From positions 133,694 to 197,693 of the forward strand of contig CAYYOG010000001.1 in NCBI GenBank assembly GCA_964473325.1: a stretch of DNA of 64,000 bases. The letters run 5' to 3'. The position numbers and the translations under genes are program-made. The stretch is from an uncultured Thermotogae bacterium (GTDB lineage Bacteria > Bipolaricaulota > Bipolaricaulia > RBG-16-55-9 > DRXL01). Below are positions 19,284 through 28,298 of this stretch, in pieces. Position 1 is the stretch's first letter, and every line of letters begins with the position of its first letter. The notes beneath the pieces are model-generated. The model was given only the letters and a program-made list of their open reading frames with translations. It was not told the origin of the DNA and made no database searches.

Positions 19284-20438
19284 TTACTTGAATGCCGAGA
19301 TCCCCGTGATATCTTGACCTAATATCAGCGTCTGAATATGGTGCGTCCCCTCGAGCGTGTAGACACTTTCAAGATTGAGCATGTGCCGGATAGCTTGATA
19401 GTCAAGAGTGATCCCGTTAGCCCCTAAGAGATCGCGGGCCATCCGCGCTATCTGTAAGGCCATCGCGACGTTATTGCGCTTGGCCAGCGATATTTGAGAT
19501 GGCTTGATCGTCCCTGCGTCGCGGAGCTGCCCTAAACGCACACAGAGCAACTGGGCTTTCGTGATCTCAGTCAGCATATCGGCGAGCTTCTCTTGTACCA
19601 ACTGAAACGACGCAATGGGTCTATCGAACTGCACTCGTTGCTTGGTATATTCAACGACCTCTTCGTAGCACGCCATAGCAGCTCCAACCGCGCCCCAGGC
19701 AATCGCATACCGCCCTTGATTGAGACACATCAATGGGGCTCTCATGCCCTCAGCCCCCGGGAGCATATTCTCTTTGGGAATGCGACAGTTATTCAGATAG
19801 AGTTCGCCGGTATCAGAAGCTCGTGCCGACATCTTATGCTCGATCTTGGCTGCTGAAAAACCAGGGGTGCCCTTTTCTACAAGAAAGCCGCGCACGACTC
19901 CGTCGAGCTTGGCCCAGACCACTGCGACATTAGCGAGCGTAGCGTTGGTGATCCATGCTTTCGTCCCATTGAGAACGAAGAAGTCTCCGTCGCGCTCCGC
20001 AACGGTGTCCATAGCGCTGGGATCGCTGCCGTGCTCAGGCTCAGTCAAGCCGAAGCAGCCCACGGCCTCGCCACGGATGAGCTTAGGAAGCCAACGTTCT
20101 TTTTGCTCCTCGCTCCCAAACGTGTAGATGGGGTAGATCACAAGCCCGTTCTGGACGGAACAAAAGCTGCGAATTGCTGTATCGCCACGCTCGAGTTCTT
20201 GCATGGCCAGCCCGTACGAAACAGAGTCAATTCCCGCGCCGCCGTGCTCTTTCAGAGTCGCTCCCAAAAGCCCAAGCTCAGCGATCTTGGGGATAAGATC
20301 AGTGGGGAAGTGCCCAGCTTCGAAGGCGTCCTTGATGATGGGCAGGACTTCTTCGTCCACGAAGCGCCGGACGGTGTTCCGAATGAGCTTCTGCTCTTCT
20401 GTTAAGAGCCCGTCAATGTTGAAGTGATCTACTGCCAT
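19284..20438 (-). CDS. Glutaryl-CoA dehydrogenase-like acyl-CoA dehydrogenase
   Basis: MAVDHFNIDGLLTEEQKLIRNTVRRFVDEEVLP..., a GCDH-like N-terminus. ACAD fold throughout. Confidence 0.8.
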   Translation of the reverse strand: MAVDHFNIDGLLTEEQKLIRNTVRRFVDEEVLPIIKDAFEAGHFPTDLIPKIAELGLLGATLKEHGGAGIDSVSYGLAMQELERGDTAIRSFCSVQNGLVIYPIYTFGSEEQKERWLPKLIRGEAVGCFGLTEPEHGSDPSAMDTVAERDGDFFVLNGTKAWITNATLANVAVVWAKLDGVVRGFLVEKGTPGFSAAKIEHKMSARASDTGELYLNNCRIPKENMLPGAEGMRAPLMCLNQGRYAIAWGAVGAAMACYEEVVEYTKQRVQFDRPIASFQLVQEKLADMLTEITKAQLLCVRLGQLRDAGTIKPSQISLAKRNNVAMALQIARMARDLLGANGITLDYQAIRHMLNLESVYTLEGTHHIQTLILGQDITGISAFK

Positions 20439-21310
20439 ACCACACCTCCAGGGAGTGTTTGAGCGAAGGCACACAGGGCTTGAGCGAGCTCCCGCCCCGC
20501 CGTATACCTAAGAGCAAAGTCGAAGTGCGAGCGACGATCAAAGAAGAGTTCTCGATAGCCTAGGGCTTCACGTGAGAGCCGTTGCTGCTCATAGGTCAGC
20601 ATAGAGTCGTTTCCATAGAAGCCGCAGAGCGAGATCATGAACGCTCTGCCGCCGTAGAGATTCGTAATAGCGATCTGGCTATCCCAAGTTATGTGCTCGA
20701 TGGGCAGATAGAAGAAGTCACTGAGTTGCTCTAAGAGCTGGAGCGAGGCCGTGGCATCGCCACCGAGCCCTAAGAAATCCAAATCAGCGCCGCACGCCCC
20801 ACGCAGCGCCGGATGATAGAGAAAGACCTGCTCGATCTTAGAAGCGACACGCACCCAGCGCTGCGCTCGCTGGGGATCTTCTAAGAGAGCCTGCCAGCCC
20901 AACTTAATCTGCTGACATGCTCTCGCGGCGCGCCCGTGCAGCTGGGCACAGACTAGCTGGGCTCCCATAGAAGTGAGATTCTGAGAGTTCAGTTCGTAAG
21001 CCGTTCTCAGTAGAAAGAGCACGACCGCTCCGCTGAAGCTGTGAGCTACGACGTAAACGCTTCGATCCTCACGCTCAAGTAAGCCACTCTGAGCAAAGAA
21101 TTCAACGACGTTCTCTGCCCACGCAAAGAGCCCCGCATGGTTGGGCAGCGAGGGCCGTAAGACTGTGTGCCCAGAGTGACTCAACTCGTGAGCGACATAG
21201 CGCCAATCGCGCCCTGAGCCTCCAACCCCGTGCAGGAGCACCCAGACCCTTTCCGGAGAATATTCTGTATTCACGAGGAGAAACAGCGCCAGCAGGGTAC
21301 CAATGACCAT
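20429..21310 (-). CDS. Alpha/beta-hydrolase fold protein (serine hydrolase)
   Basis: VLLHGVGGSGRDW and VVAHSFSG (a GxSxG nucleophile elbow). Confidence 0.6.
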   Translation of the reverse strand: MVIGTLLALFLLVNTEYSPERVWVLLHGVGGSGRDWRYVAHELSHSGHTVLRPSLPNHAGLFAWAENVVEFFAQSGLLEREDRSVYVVAHSFSGAVVLFLLRTAYELNSQNLTSMGAQLVCAQLHGRAARACQQIKLGWQALLEDPQRAQRWVRVASKIEQVFLYHPALRGACGADLDFLGLGGDATASLQLLEQLSDFFYLPIEHITWDSQIAITNLYGGRAFMISLCGFYGNDSMLTYEQQRLSREALGYRELFFDRRSHFDFALRYTAGRELAQALCAFAQTLPGGVVWQ

Positions 21311-21314
21311 GCTC

Positions 21315-21704
21315 TCATCGCACGATGATCTTGCTGACCATGGTCTTCCTCTCGCAGGCTCCTCGGATGGGATCGCGACAATTCAGCGAATCATAGAGCA
21401 GAAACTCCCCCTTGGGCAGCTCAATCAAGAACGTGTGTATCTGGCCAGCAGGCACGACTTCTAATTGGCGCACTACCTTGCGGTCCATCCCCATAATCGC
21501 TAAGGCATGAGCCTGAAAGCCCATATTGAAGACGACCAGGCGCGCTGGACCGGCCACAAGCTCGATGGGGTCTGGAGTAATCTTCCACTCGACGAGCGTG
21601 ATCTTAACTTGCTGCTCTATTGGCGCTGAGGGCTGACCGCTCAAGACCAAAATCGCACCGAGCACAACGACAACTGCTATAAGAACGATCCACACATATT
21701 GCAT
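21315..21704 (-). CDS. Hypothetical membrane-anchored protein, possibly cupredoxin-like
   Basis: 129 aa. N-terminal TM helix. Beta-rich C-terminus with conserved H/C/M residues. Confidence 0.4.
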   Translation of the reverse strand: MQYVWIVLIAVVVVLGAILVLSGQPSAPIEQQVKITLVEWKITPDPIELVAGPARLVVFNMGFQAHALAIMGMDRKVVRQLEVVPAGQIHTFLIELPKGEFLLYDSLNCRDPIRGACERKTMVSKIIVR

Positions 21705-21782
21705 AGGCCTCTCTCACCTACTTGATAAAGTTAAGATAACTGACTCGGAAGAATTTGTCAAATATGCTATAATTGGGGAGCT

Positions 21783-21869
21783 GGAGGGATGGCCGAGCGG
21801 ACGAAGGCGACGGTCTTGAAAACCGTAGCGCGCTGAGCGCCGGGGGTTCGAATCCCTCTCCCTCCGCCA
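21783..21869 (+). tRNA. tRNA-Ser (anticodon TGA)
   Basis: Acceptor stem GGAGGGA/TCCCTCC. Anticodon loop CTTGAAA. Long variable arm. 3' CCA encoded. Confidence 0.85.
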
Positions 21870-21938
21870 CCAGACTTCGCCTGGACTGTTCACCGTACCG
21901 CCTCCGGCGGCACGATAGACGGTCCAGGCGAAGCCTGG
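21870..21938. repeat. GC-rich palindromic repeat element (family member 2), immediately 3' of tRNA-Ser
   Basis: CCAGACTTCGCCTGGACTGTTCACCGTACCGCCTCCGGCGGCACGATAGACGGTCCAGGCGAAGCCTGG. Nearly identical to the copy at 17656. Confidence 0.7.
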
Positions 21939-22417
21939 CGAAGATCATCGTCACGCAAAGCGTGCTCAGTAACGTCAATGAGTTTGGCCTGAGCCCAGCG
22001 AAGTCGCGCTGGTTCCAACAGCTCCGGCCGAACTATTACGAGCGCAACGCGATACTGCCCCGAATCTATCGCCCCAAAAGCTGCTGTCCAGCCCCGCCCC
22101 TCGAGCCACTCCAGCGGCCCAAGCTCGTCGACAACAAGCAAATCTGTCGGGACCGCACGAGCAAAGACGCCGTTGCCCCACGCGAGCGTCTCATCGACAA
22201 ATTCCCAGGGCGCCAGAGCGCTCTGGCGCTGCGCGAGAAGACGGCACTCTCCAGTATGAAGATCCTGAGCGTAGAGCGCGAGCTTCTCCCCATCGCGCCA
22301 CTCCCCCACCGTCAAAATCCCCGTCACACGCCACGCGCGAGCAAGCTCTATGAACTGCCGACAGAGCGTCGTCTTGCCCGAGCCCCGCGGACCTGTTATC
22401 AAGAAGATTCTGCCCAT
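21890..22417 (-). CDS. P-loop NTPase (THEP1 / DUF2478-like)
   Basis: MGRIFLITGPRGSGKTTL Walker A and LLVVDELGPLE Walker B. It is the first gene of the ABC uptake operon. The 3' end overlaps the repeat. Confidence 0.6.
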   Translation of the reverse strand: MGRIFLITGPRGSGKTTLCRQFIELARAWRVTGILTVGEWRDGEKLALYAQDLHTGECRLLAQRQSALAPWEFVDETLAWGNGVFARAVPTDLLVVDELGPLEWLEGRGWTAAFGAIDSGQYRVALVIVRPELLEPARLRWAQAKLIDVTEHALRDDDLRQASPGPSIVPPEAVR

Positions 22418-22423
22418 GACTGC

Positions 22424-23179
22424 TCATCGCGTCCGAATAAACGCGTGTCCATCGACAGAGAGCACTGCAACGGGTACGCCATAGACGTGCGAGAGGTTCT
22501 CGGCAGTCAGCAGTGTCGCCGTCGGCCCGGCCCAACACCCACTCCCTCGACGCAACAGCACTGTGTAGTCTGCCGTAGCGAGCGCGAGATTTGGGTCGTG
22601 AGTAGTAAAGAGCACCGACAGTCCCTGCGCAGCTACTGCGCGTACTACCTCGACCACGCGAGCTTGATTGCGCAAATCCAGATGGGCTGTGGGTTCATCC
22701 AGCAAGAGAATCTTAGGCTGCTGAGCTAATGCGCGCGCGATGATCACCAACTGGCGCTCCCCACCGCTCAAAGACAAAATGGCCCGATCTTGCAAGCCGA
22801 GTATCCCTAAGGACTCTAAGACCTCCGAGACGATCTGGAGATCTCCCGAACTAGGCAGCTCAAGGGGATGGAGATACGGGGCGCGCCCCAACAGCACATA
22901 TTCCCTTACCGAAAGATCGAACGTGATATTTTCGTTCTGCGGCACCAAGCCGATCAGTCGGCCGAGCTCGCGCCGCGAGTACGCTGTCTGAGGACGCCCG
23001 GCTATCCACACCGTGCCCGCGTGAGGGCGCACAATTCCCAAAATAATCCGAAGCAGCGTGGTCTTGCCCGCGCCGTTAGGACCTAACAGGGCTGTCACTC
23101 CCATGGGGATCTCGACGGTGACCCCCTCGAGCAGGGGCACGCTCCCATAGCTAAAAGAGACTCCGTCAAGAGCGATCAT
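22424..23179 (-). CDS. ABC transporter ATP-binding protein (FecE/BtuD-like, iron-chelate or cobalamin uptake family)
   Basis: GPNGAGKTTLL, LSGGERQ and LLLDEP motifs. Confidence 0.85.
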   Translation of the reverse strand: MIALDGVSFSYGSVPLLEGVTVEIPMGVTALLGPNGAGKTTLLRIILGIVRPHAGTVWIAGRPQTAYSRRELGRLIGLVPQNENITFDLSVREYVLLGRAPYLHPLELPSSGDLQIVSEVLESLGILGLQDRAILSLSGGERQLVIIARALAQQPKILLLDEPTAHLDLRNQARVVEVVRAVAAQGLSVLFTTHDPNLALATADYTVLLRRGSGCWAGPTATLLTAENLSHVYGVPVAVLSVDGHAFIRTR

Positions 23180-24174
23180 AGCTTGCGGATCATCAACAGG
23201 GCGAAGCCGGTCGCACCAAAAAACGACGTCAAGATTCCTAAGGGGATCTCTCCAGCAAGAAGAGCTCGCGCGAGGGTATCGCAGCCGACGGCAAGGAGCG
23301 CACCGAGCAAGAGCGCCGCAGGCAGAGCCCTGTGGGCCTCAGCACCCACCAGGCGCCGCGCTATATGGGGCGTAATGAGCCCGATCCAGCCCACCAGCCC
23401 CGCCGCCGAGACAACAGCAGCAACAGCGGCGACAGCAGCACTCAGCAAGAGAGCGCGCTCGCGCGCTGGGGAAGCCCCCAGTGAAAACGCTGTCTCATCT
23501 TCTAAAGAGAGCAGATTCAGTCGCCAGCGCATCAGCAGACAGAGCGTGATCCCCGGAATCACAAACGGGAGCACATAGAGTAAGTCTTCCCACGTAATGC
23601 CCCACAGCCCCCCCAGCAACCAGAACGTGATCTCCGGAAGCTCTCGCAACGGATCAGCGAGATATTTAAGCAATCCCACGCCCGCGGCAAAGAGCGCCGA
23701 TATGGCAATGCCCGCTAAGATCAGCCGCAGGTGCCACTCTCCATACCGAAGAGAACGCGCTAATAGAAACGAACAGATCAAGCCGAGCATAGCGAAGACC
23801 GTCGCCATCACCTCGATGACGATGGGGAAGCTCGACAGAAATATAATGCTGAAAGCTGCGCCGAACGCTGCCCCTTGAGAGATCCCCAAAAATCCCGGCT
23901 CGACCAACGGGTTGCGGAAGATCATCTGCAGCACTAGCCCTGCCCCAGCGAGCGACATCCCCAAAGCCGCTCCCAGCAGGACTCGCGGCAGTCGCAATCC
24001 AAAGAGCACCCTTTGCGCGAGCTCATCTTCGTAGAGCACCGTTGGGGAGAGAAAGTATGGCCGAGGATACCGCCCGATGAACAGCGAAAGAGCCATGCCA
24101 GCGAGCACGGCCACCCCCAACAAGACCCAGAACCGACTCCCCCAGCGCAGCGCAGGCGCCATCTTACGGGACAT
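23176..24174 (-). CDS. FecCD-family ABC permease
   Basis: Polytopic membrane protein with BtuC/FecD-like topology. Start trimmed to MSRKMAPALRW. Confidence 0.8.
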   Translation of the reverse strand: MSRKMAPALRWGSRFWVLLGVAVLAGMALSLFIGRYPRPYFLSPTVLYEDELAQRVLFGLRLPRVLLGAALGMSLAGAGLVLQMIFRNPLVEPGFLGISQGAAFGAAFSIIFLSSFPIVIEVMATVFAMLGLICSFLLARSLRYGEWHLRLILAGIAISALFAAGVGLLKYLADPLRELPEITFWLLGGLWGITWEDLLYVLPFVIPGITLCLLMRWRLNLLSLEDETAFSLGASPARERALLLSAAVAAVAAVVSAAGLVGWIGLITPHIARRLVGAEAHRALPAALLLGALLAVGCDTLARALLAGEIPLGILTSFFGATGFALLMIRKL

Positions 24175-25240
24175 CCCCCTTGAGCACGGGAAGGATCTTC
24201 GTCTGGACTGTCTCGGCACTGAGGCCGTAGAGCCCAAAGAACGCGTGCAGTTCATTCAGCATATCTATATCCGGGAAGAGTCTAGGATGAATCTTCACAG
24301 CGAGCCAAGTCAGCCCTAAGATCCAGCGGGGATTGGGCTGGTCCCAGCTATAGAAATCCCCCGGGAATCCGTAGAGTTGATTGCTCTTGACAGCTTTCAG
24401 CGCGGCCCAGAGTGGGTCGTGTCGGAGTCGAGCGGCCGTAGCACGTGAGTCCCCGCTGTAGTCAATGATACAAATAATATCAGGGTTCCATGCTGCGATC
24501 TGCTCGAAGTTGACGGGGGTCCAACCACCTGGCTGCGCTACGGTCTTCCAGATAGGGGTGCCCCCGGCACGCTCGACCATCTCCGTTTGCAACCAGCTGA
24601 CGGGAGCTATCTCCATCACGACTCCTCCGCCCCTCACACTGTACTGAAGCACCAGCACCCGAGGTCTCTCGGGCTCACGGAGCTCTTTCGTGCGCTGCGC
24701 GATGCGCTCCACGCGTGCTGTGTAGAACGCGATCACGTCGTTGGCGCGCCTGAGATTGTTAAAAATTTGTCCGAGGATGCGCAGGTCGTTTTGGTATCGC
24801 CCTATACTTTCGAGCTCGACGTAGAGGACGGGGATGCCGAGGCGCTCGATGCCTGGGCCGAGTCTCGTAGCTTCGACAACTCTGAGAATGACAGCATCGG
24901 GCTTGGTCGCGGCGATTTGCTCCGGTCCCACTTGAGATTCGAGAACGGTCTTCGTCTGGCGGAAGGTCGGATCAAGGAGCATCAGCCATTCTGTATTCAA
25001 CTGTGCAGCTCCAGAAAAAGCCGTGATCTTCTGGCGCGCTTCTGTGGGGAACAGATATGCCGCGTCCACGAGCATGAACGAGCCCTTCCCCGCAAGGGTG
25101 AGTCGCTCAGGAGGTTTCTCGAAGCGCACCACACGCCCAAGGGCATCGACGACTTCAATGCCCTGCGAGAAGCCCACAAAAACAGAAGCCCCAACGACAA
25201 CCACTCCTAGAAGGAGACGAAAGGCAAGAGACGCTGACAT
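24164..25240 (-). CDS. Periplasmic substrate-binding protein (class III/8, iron-siderophore/cobalamin type)
   Basis: Signal peptide MSASLAFRLLLGVVVVGASVFVG. Two-lobed binding-protein fold. Confidence 0.75.
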   Translation of the reverse strand: MSASLAFRLLLGVVVVGASVFVGFSQGIEVVDALGRVVRFEKPPERLTLAGKGSFMLVDAAYLFPTEARQKITAFSGAAQLNTEWLMLLDPTFRQTKTVLESQVGPEQIAATKPDAVILRVVEATRLGPGIERLGIPVLYVELESIGRYQNDLRILGQIFNNLRRANDVIAFYTARVERIAQRTKELREPERPRVLVLQYSVRGGGVVMEIAPVSWLQTEMVERAGGTPIWKTVAQPGGWTPVNFEQIAAWNPDIICIIDYSGDSRATAARLRHDPLWAALKAVKSNQLYGFPGDFYSWDQPNPRWILGLTWLAVKIHPRLFPDIDMLNELHAFFGLYGLSAETVQTKILPVLKGDVP

Positions 25241-25479
25241 AAGCTCCTCCTTTCCAAGCATGAGGAGGCCGAGGCGTTTCCGCTCCCGACCCACAATACC
25301 CAAAAAAATCTCTGGGTATTCCGTGGTCTATCCACGGTACGGCTGCTCTTCCCTAGAGCGAGCCCTCCGTAGGAAGAGCAGCTCGGAGAGCTTTGTGCGC
25401 TCAGTATACAAGTCTGAGCGAGCTGAGTCAAGGGCTTGCCCACGACGGTGTTTTTTGCTATGATAAAGTGTTGAGACCC

Positions 25480-25572
25480 GGAGGGGTACTCAAGTGGTCG
25501 AAGAGGACGGATTGCTAATCCGTTGTAGGGGCAAAACCTCTACCGTGGGTTCGAATCCCACCCCCTCCGCCA
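25480..25572 (+). tRNA. tRNA-Ser (anticodon GCT)
   Basis: Acceptor stem GGAGGGG/CCCCTCC. Anticodon loop TTGCTAA. Long variable arm. Confidence 0.85.
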
Positions 25573-25582
25573 GCAAGCTTAA

Positions 25583-25628
25583 CCAGACTTGTCTGGACTA
25601 TCCGCCGTGCTGCCTCCGGTGGCACGAT
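25583..25628. repeat. Partial palindromic repeat (left arm plus inner hairpin) 3' of tRNA-Ser(GCT)
   Basis: CCAGACTTGTCTGGACTATCCGCCGTGCTGCCTCCGGTGGCACGAT. It shares the left arm and inner hairpin with the copies at 17656 and 21870. Confidence 0.55.
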
Positions 25629-25651
25629 TCATCTCATAGGAGCGTGCAATC

Positions 25652-26104
25652 ATGCAGAGCAATTTTCGAGTGTTCGCGTTTCTAGGACTTATCGGTGTTC
25701 TTGCACTTTCTGGCTGTGAACTGCTCTCTCCACCGGCACCGCAGCCCAAGCCGCGCACCGACACTGTCGAGAACGATCTGATAGAGTTCAGTCGTACCGT
25801 GCTCACGCCTGTTCAGCCTGGGCAAGAGTTCACTGTCTCCGTGAAAGTCACAGCAAAAGTCGATCTCAGAGTCGTCCTGATCAGCGAGAGCCTGCCCGAA
25901 GAGTTTCAACTTGCTGAAGGGTCAAGGCTGAGGGCCGCGCAGTTGGGGCTGGCTGCAGGAGCGACTTTAGAACACAGCTACACCGTGATAGCCAGCACCA
26001 AGGTTGGGTCGTTCCCGATCACGGGCAACGCTATCGTTGCGACGCGTGAGGGCACGCAAGAGCCATTGACGTTAGAGTCAATAGTCCAAGTCCGATCTCG
26101 ATAA
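25652..26104 (+). CDS. Hypothetical lipoprotein
   Basis: LALSGC lipobox after a signal peptide. Beta-rich. Confidence 0.55.
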   Translation: MQSNFRVFAFLGLIGVLALSGCELLSPPAPQPKPRTDTVENDLIEFSRTVLTPVQPGQEFTVSVKVTAKVDLRVVLISESLPEEFQLAEGSRLRAAQLGLAAGATLEHSYTVIASTKVGSFPITGNAIVATREGTQEPLTLESIVQVRSR

Positions 26105-26237
26105 AGCTACTCTGGCTCCCAGTTGCACGCTTGGCTGCAGCACATTAAAATTAGCATGCACAGACTGTCAAGCTTCGCTTACCTTCATCTTTGCCAGCCA
26201 CAGGCTGTCAAAGGCGAGGCTCAAGCTCCTAGCTTGT

Positions 26238-26314
26238 GCGCCCGTAGCTCAGTGGATGAGAGCGTCGGCCTCCGGAGCCGAAGGTCGCTGGTTCAAATCC
26301 AGCCGGGCGTACCA
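26238..26314 (+). tRNA. tRNA-Arg (anticodon CCG)
   Basis: Acceptor stem GCGCCCG/CGGGCGT. Anticodon loop CTCCGGA. Confidence 0.85.
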
Positions 26315-26360
26315 GGCTTCGCCTGAACTGTTCGCCTTCGCCAGACTCTGGCTGGCGAAG
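26312..26360. repeat. Variant palindromic repeat 3' of tRNA-Arg(CCG)
   Basis: CCAGGCTTCGCCTG...CTTCGCCAGACTCTGGCTGGCGAAG. Rearranged arms of the same family. Confidence 0.5.
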
Positions 26361-26381
26361 ATGAAGGTCAAGCGGAGCTTG

Positions 26382-26471
26382 CTGGAGGGATGACCGAATT
26401 GGCTAAGGAGCCGGTCTCGAAAACCGGTACGGCCCACAAGGCCCTGGGGGTTCGAGTCCCCCTCCCTCCGC
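26382..26471 (+). tRNA. tRNA-Ser (anticodon CGA)
   Basis: Acceptor stem GGAGGGA. Anticodon loop CTCGAAA. Long variable arm. Confidence 0.85.
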
Positions 26472-26515
26472 CACCAGGCTTCGTCTGGACTGCTCGTCGT
26501 ACCGCCGTTGGCGGC
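26472..26515. repeat. Partial palindromic repeat 3' of tRNA-Ser(CGA)
   Basis: CCAGGCTTCGTCTGGACTGCTCGTCGTACCGCCGTTGGCGGCAC. Confidence 0.55.
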
Positions 26516-26724
26516 ACAATTTAAATATTTTGCGGGCCGAACGCCACCATGAGACCCCTACCAACACCAAGCCCAAGACAAGCAACCCCACGCTAACGCC
26601 GATGACTATCAAGGGCCACGTGTCCGTGATGGCGAGCAGCTTCTGTAATTCAGGGGTTGATCCATAGAGTTCCTCCTCCGTGAGAAGCATAGCACACAAG
26701 CGATAAGAAAAGCAAGACTAGCTC

Positions 26725-28053
26725 TCACTTGCTCTGCAGCTTACGGCTGCGATACGCGAGCCAGAGCATCTGCGCAAGCCCTCCAGCTGTGAACGCCACT
26801 TGCGCGACATACAAGCCCGTGACTTGCCCCCACAACACTCCCACACCCAAGATCGCGCTGCTCACTGTCAGCGAGAGCGCCATCGCTTCGGTGACCCCGC
26901 GCGTCGTGCGAAAGTAGACCAACGATCCCTGATACCAGCTTTGCCAGACGCTGAACGCCGGCAAGAGCAGTGCACACCATAAGCTCGCTTGAGCCAAGCT
27001 CGCCAACGACGGAGACAGCCCGGACAATCCCCTAAACCAGAAACCCGCTAGAGGCGTCGCGGTCACGAGAAGCAGAATCGCCGTCAGAGAGAGCGAGAGA
27101 ATCTTCGCGAAGCGCCGCAGGCTCTCCTCTGCTTTTGGCTCGCCTAAGAGCGCGACGACGACTTCGTTATACGCGATCCCGGTGCTGCGCAGCAGAAAGA
27201 GCAATCCTGACACGACCGGCCAGACAGCTAAAGACTCTAACGCCCCCGGCATCCGGCTGATCGCCGCACTCCCGATGGGTTGCACCAAGAGAGTTAATAG
27301 AGACGTCATCGCTAACGGAATATAGAAGCGCAAGAACGCTCTCAACGTGAGCGGGTCTCCATCAGGCGCGATCTGGTGCAGTCTCTTTAGAATCGGGCGC
27401 ACACGCAGCCCGACAAAAAACGCTTCGCTCATCACGCCCATCGAGACAGCGCTTGTGGCTACGATGATCCCCGGCACTGTCCCAAGCAGATAGCCAATAC
27501 TCAGCACGACGAGGTTGGCACTGAGTCGCACGACCGTGCCCAAGCCCACAATATTAGAACGCCCAAAGCGAATCAAGACCCCTTGATGAAAACGCCGATA
27601 AGCAATAGACCATGTCCAGGGGGTCATGATCATCAAGCCGATCCGTGCTGGCTCAATGATCTGTTGGGGAGCGCCGATAAGATTCTCCATCACCAAGTAG
27701 TAGAGCGGCGTGAAGGCGATAGTAATATGCAGGGTAGTAAGCAAGGCCCCGGCGTTCATCATGAAGCGGTATCCTTTGAGATACGAGTCCCAGTCTTTAC
27801 TAAGGGCTGTCGAAGCGGCTAGCAGCATGATAATAGGGGCTTCGATGATCATGGAGAGCGCGAAGACCACGCCATAAGCTGCCAAGTTGATGGCCGGCTC
27901 CGGCAGCCGCGCGACGAAGGCGCTCACCGCGGGAAGCTCCAACCCCATGAGCATCCAACTTGCGGCTAGGGGCCACCACGCGCGCACGATGCGCCCTTGT
28001 GAGAGAGGGGCTTGTGCAGGAGACAGAGCTTCTAAGACTTCAGCCTTGGGCAT
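26725..28053 (-). CDS. MOP-superfamily (MATE/Wzx-like) polytopic membrane exporter
   Basis: 442 aa with about 12 TM helices. N-terminus typical of polysaccharide or multidrug flippases. Confidence 0.6.
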   Translation of the reverse strand: MPKAEVLEALSPAQAPLSQGRIVRAWWPLAASWMLMGLELPAVSAFVARLPEPAINLAAYGVVFALSMIIEAPIIMLLAASTALSKDWDSYLKGYRFMMNAGALLTTLHITIAFTPLYYLVMENLIGAPQQIIEPARIGLMIMTPWTWSIAYRRFHQGVLIRFGRSNIVGLGTVVRLSANLVVLSIGYLLGTVPGIIVATSAVSMGVMSEAFFVGLRVRPILKRLHQIAPDGDPLTLRAFLRFYIPLAMTSLLTLLVQPIGSAAISRMPGALESLAVWPVVSGLLFLLRSTGIAYNEVVVALLGEPKAEESLRRFAKILSLSLTAILLLVTATPLAGFWFRGLSGLSPSLASLAQASLWCALLLPAFSVWQSWYQGSLVYFRTTRGVTEAMALSLTVSSAILGVGVLWGQVTGLYVAQVAFTAGGLAQMLWLAYRSRKLQSK

Positions 28054-28145
28054 AGTCTTTATGATAGCGCATAGAGTGAGATGACTCCAAAAAGATAGAG
28101 CATCACTGCGAGTTGCACACTAAGCTATTATGCTCTAGAATTGAC

Positions 28146-28200
28146 CAGCCAGATTTCCATCTGGACTATTTGCCTTCGCTGGCCATAGGCCGGCAAGGTC
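28146..28200. repeat. Variant palindromic repeat 5' of tRNA-Arg(GCG)
   Basis: CCAGATTTCCATCTGGACTATTTGCC... It shares TCTGGACTAT with the copy at 25583. Confidence 0.45.
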
Positions 28201-28213
28201 AAGCGGAGCTTGT

Positions 28214-28289
28214 GCGCCCGTAGCTCAGGGGATAGAGCGCTGGCCTGCGGAGCCAGAGGTCGGAGGTTCAAGTCCTCCCGGGCGTACCA
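28214..28289 (+). tRNA. tRNA-Arg (anticodon GCG as read; an unusual isoacceptor)
   Basis: Acceptor stem GCGCCCG/CGGGCGT. Anticodon stem CTGGC/GCCAG, loop CTGCGGA. Confidence 0.75.
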
Positions 28290-28298
28290 AATACCCTC

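Noticed and set aside
21773-22729. 318-aa plus-strand ORF, plus the 86-aa minus-strand ORF at 21718..21978
   Set aside because: Both run through tRNA-Ser(TGA) and the palindromic repeat. They are also antisense to the NTPase and ABC ATPase genes. The proteins are low-complexity and Arg/Ser/Pro-rich.
25241-25480. Possible cobalamin riboswitch in the leader of the FecBCD-type uptake operon
   Set aside because: I looked for the B12-box core (GCCACTG and flanking GGGAA...GGTGC) on the minus-strand leader and did not find it. Only generic hairpins are present, and these are reported separately as a finding.
26403-26699. 98-aa minus-strand ORF beginning with a plausible small TM peptide
   Set aside because: Its frame stays open only by reading straight through tRNA-Ser(CGA) and the 3' repeat on the opposite strand. 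The N-terminal TM-like segment (26530-26699) may exist as a short peptide, but there is no independent support.
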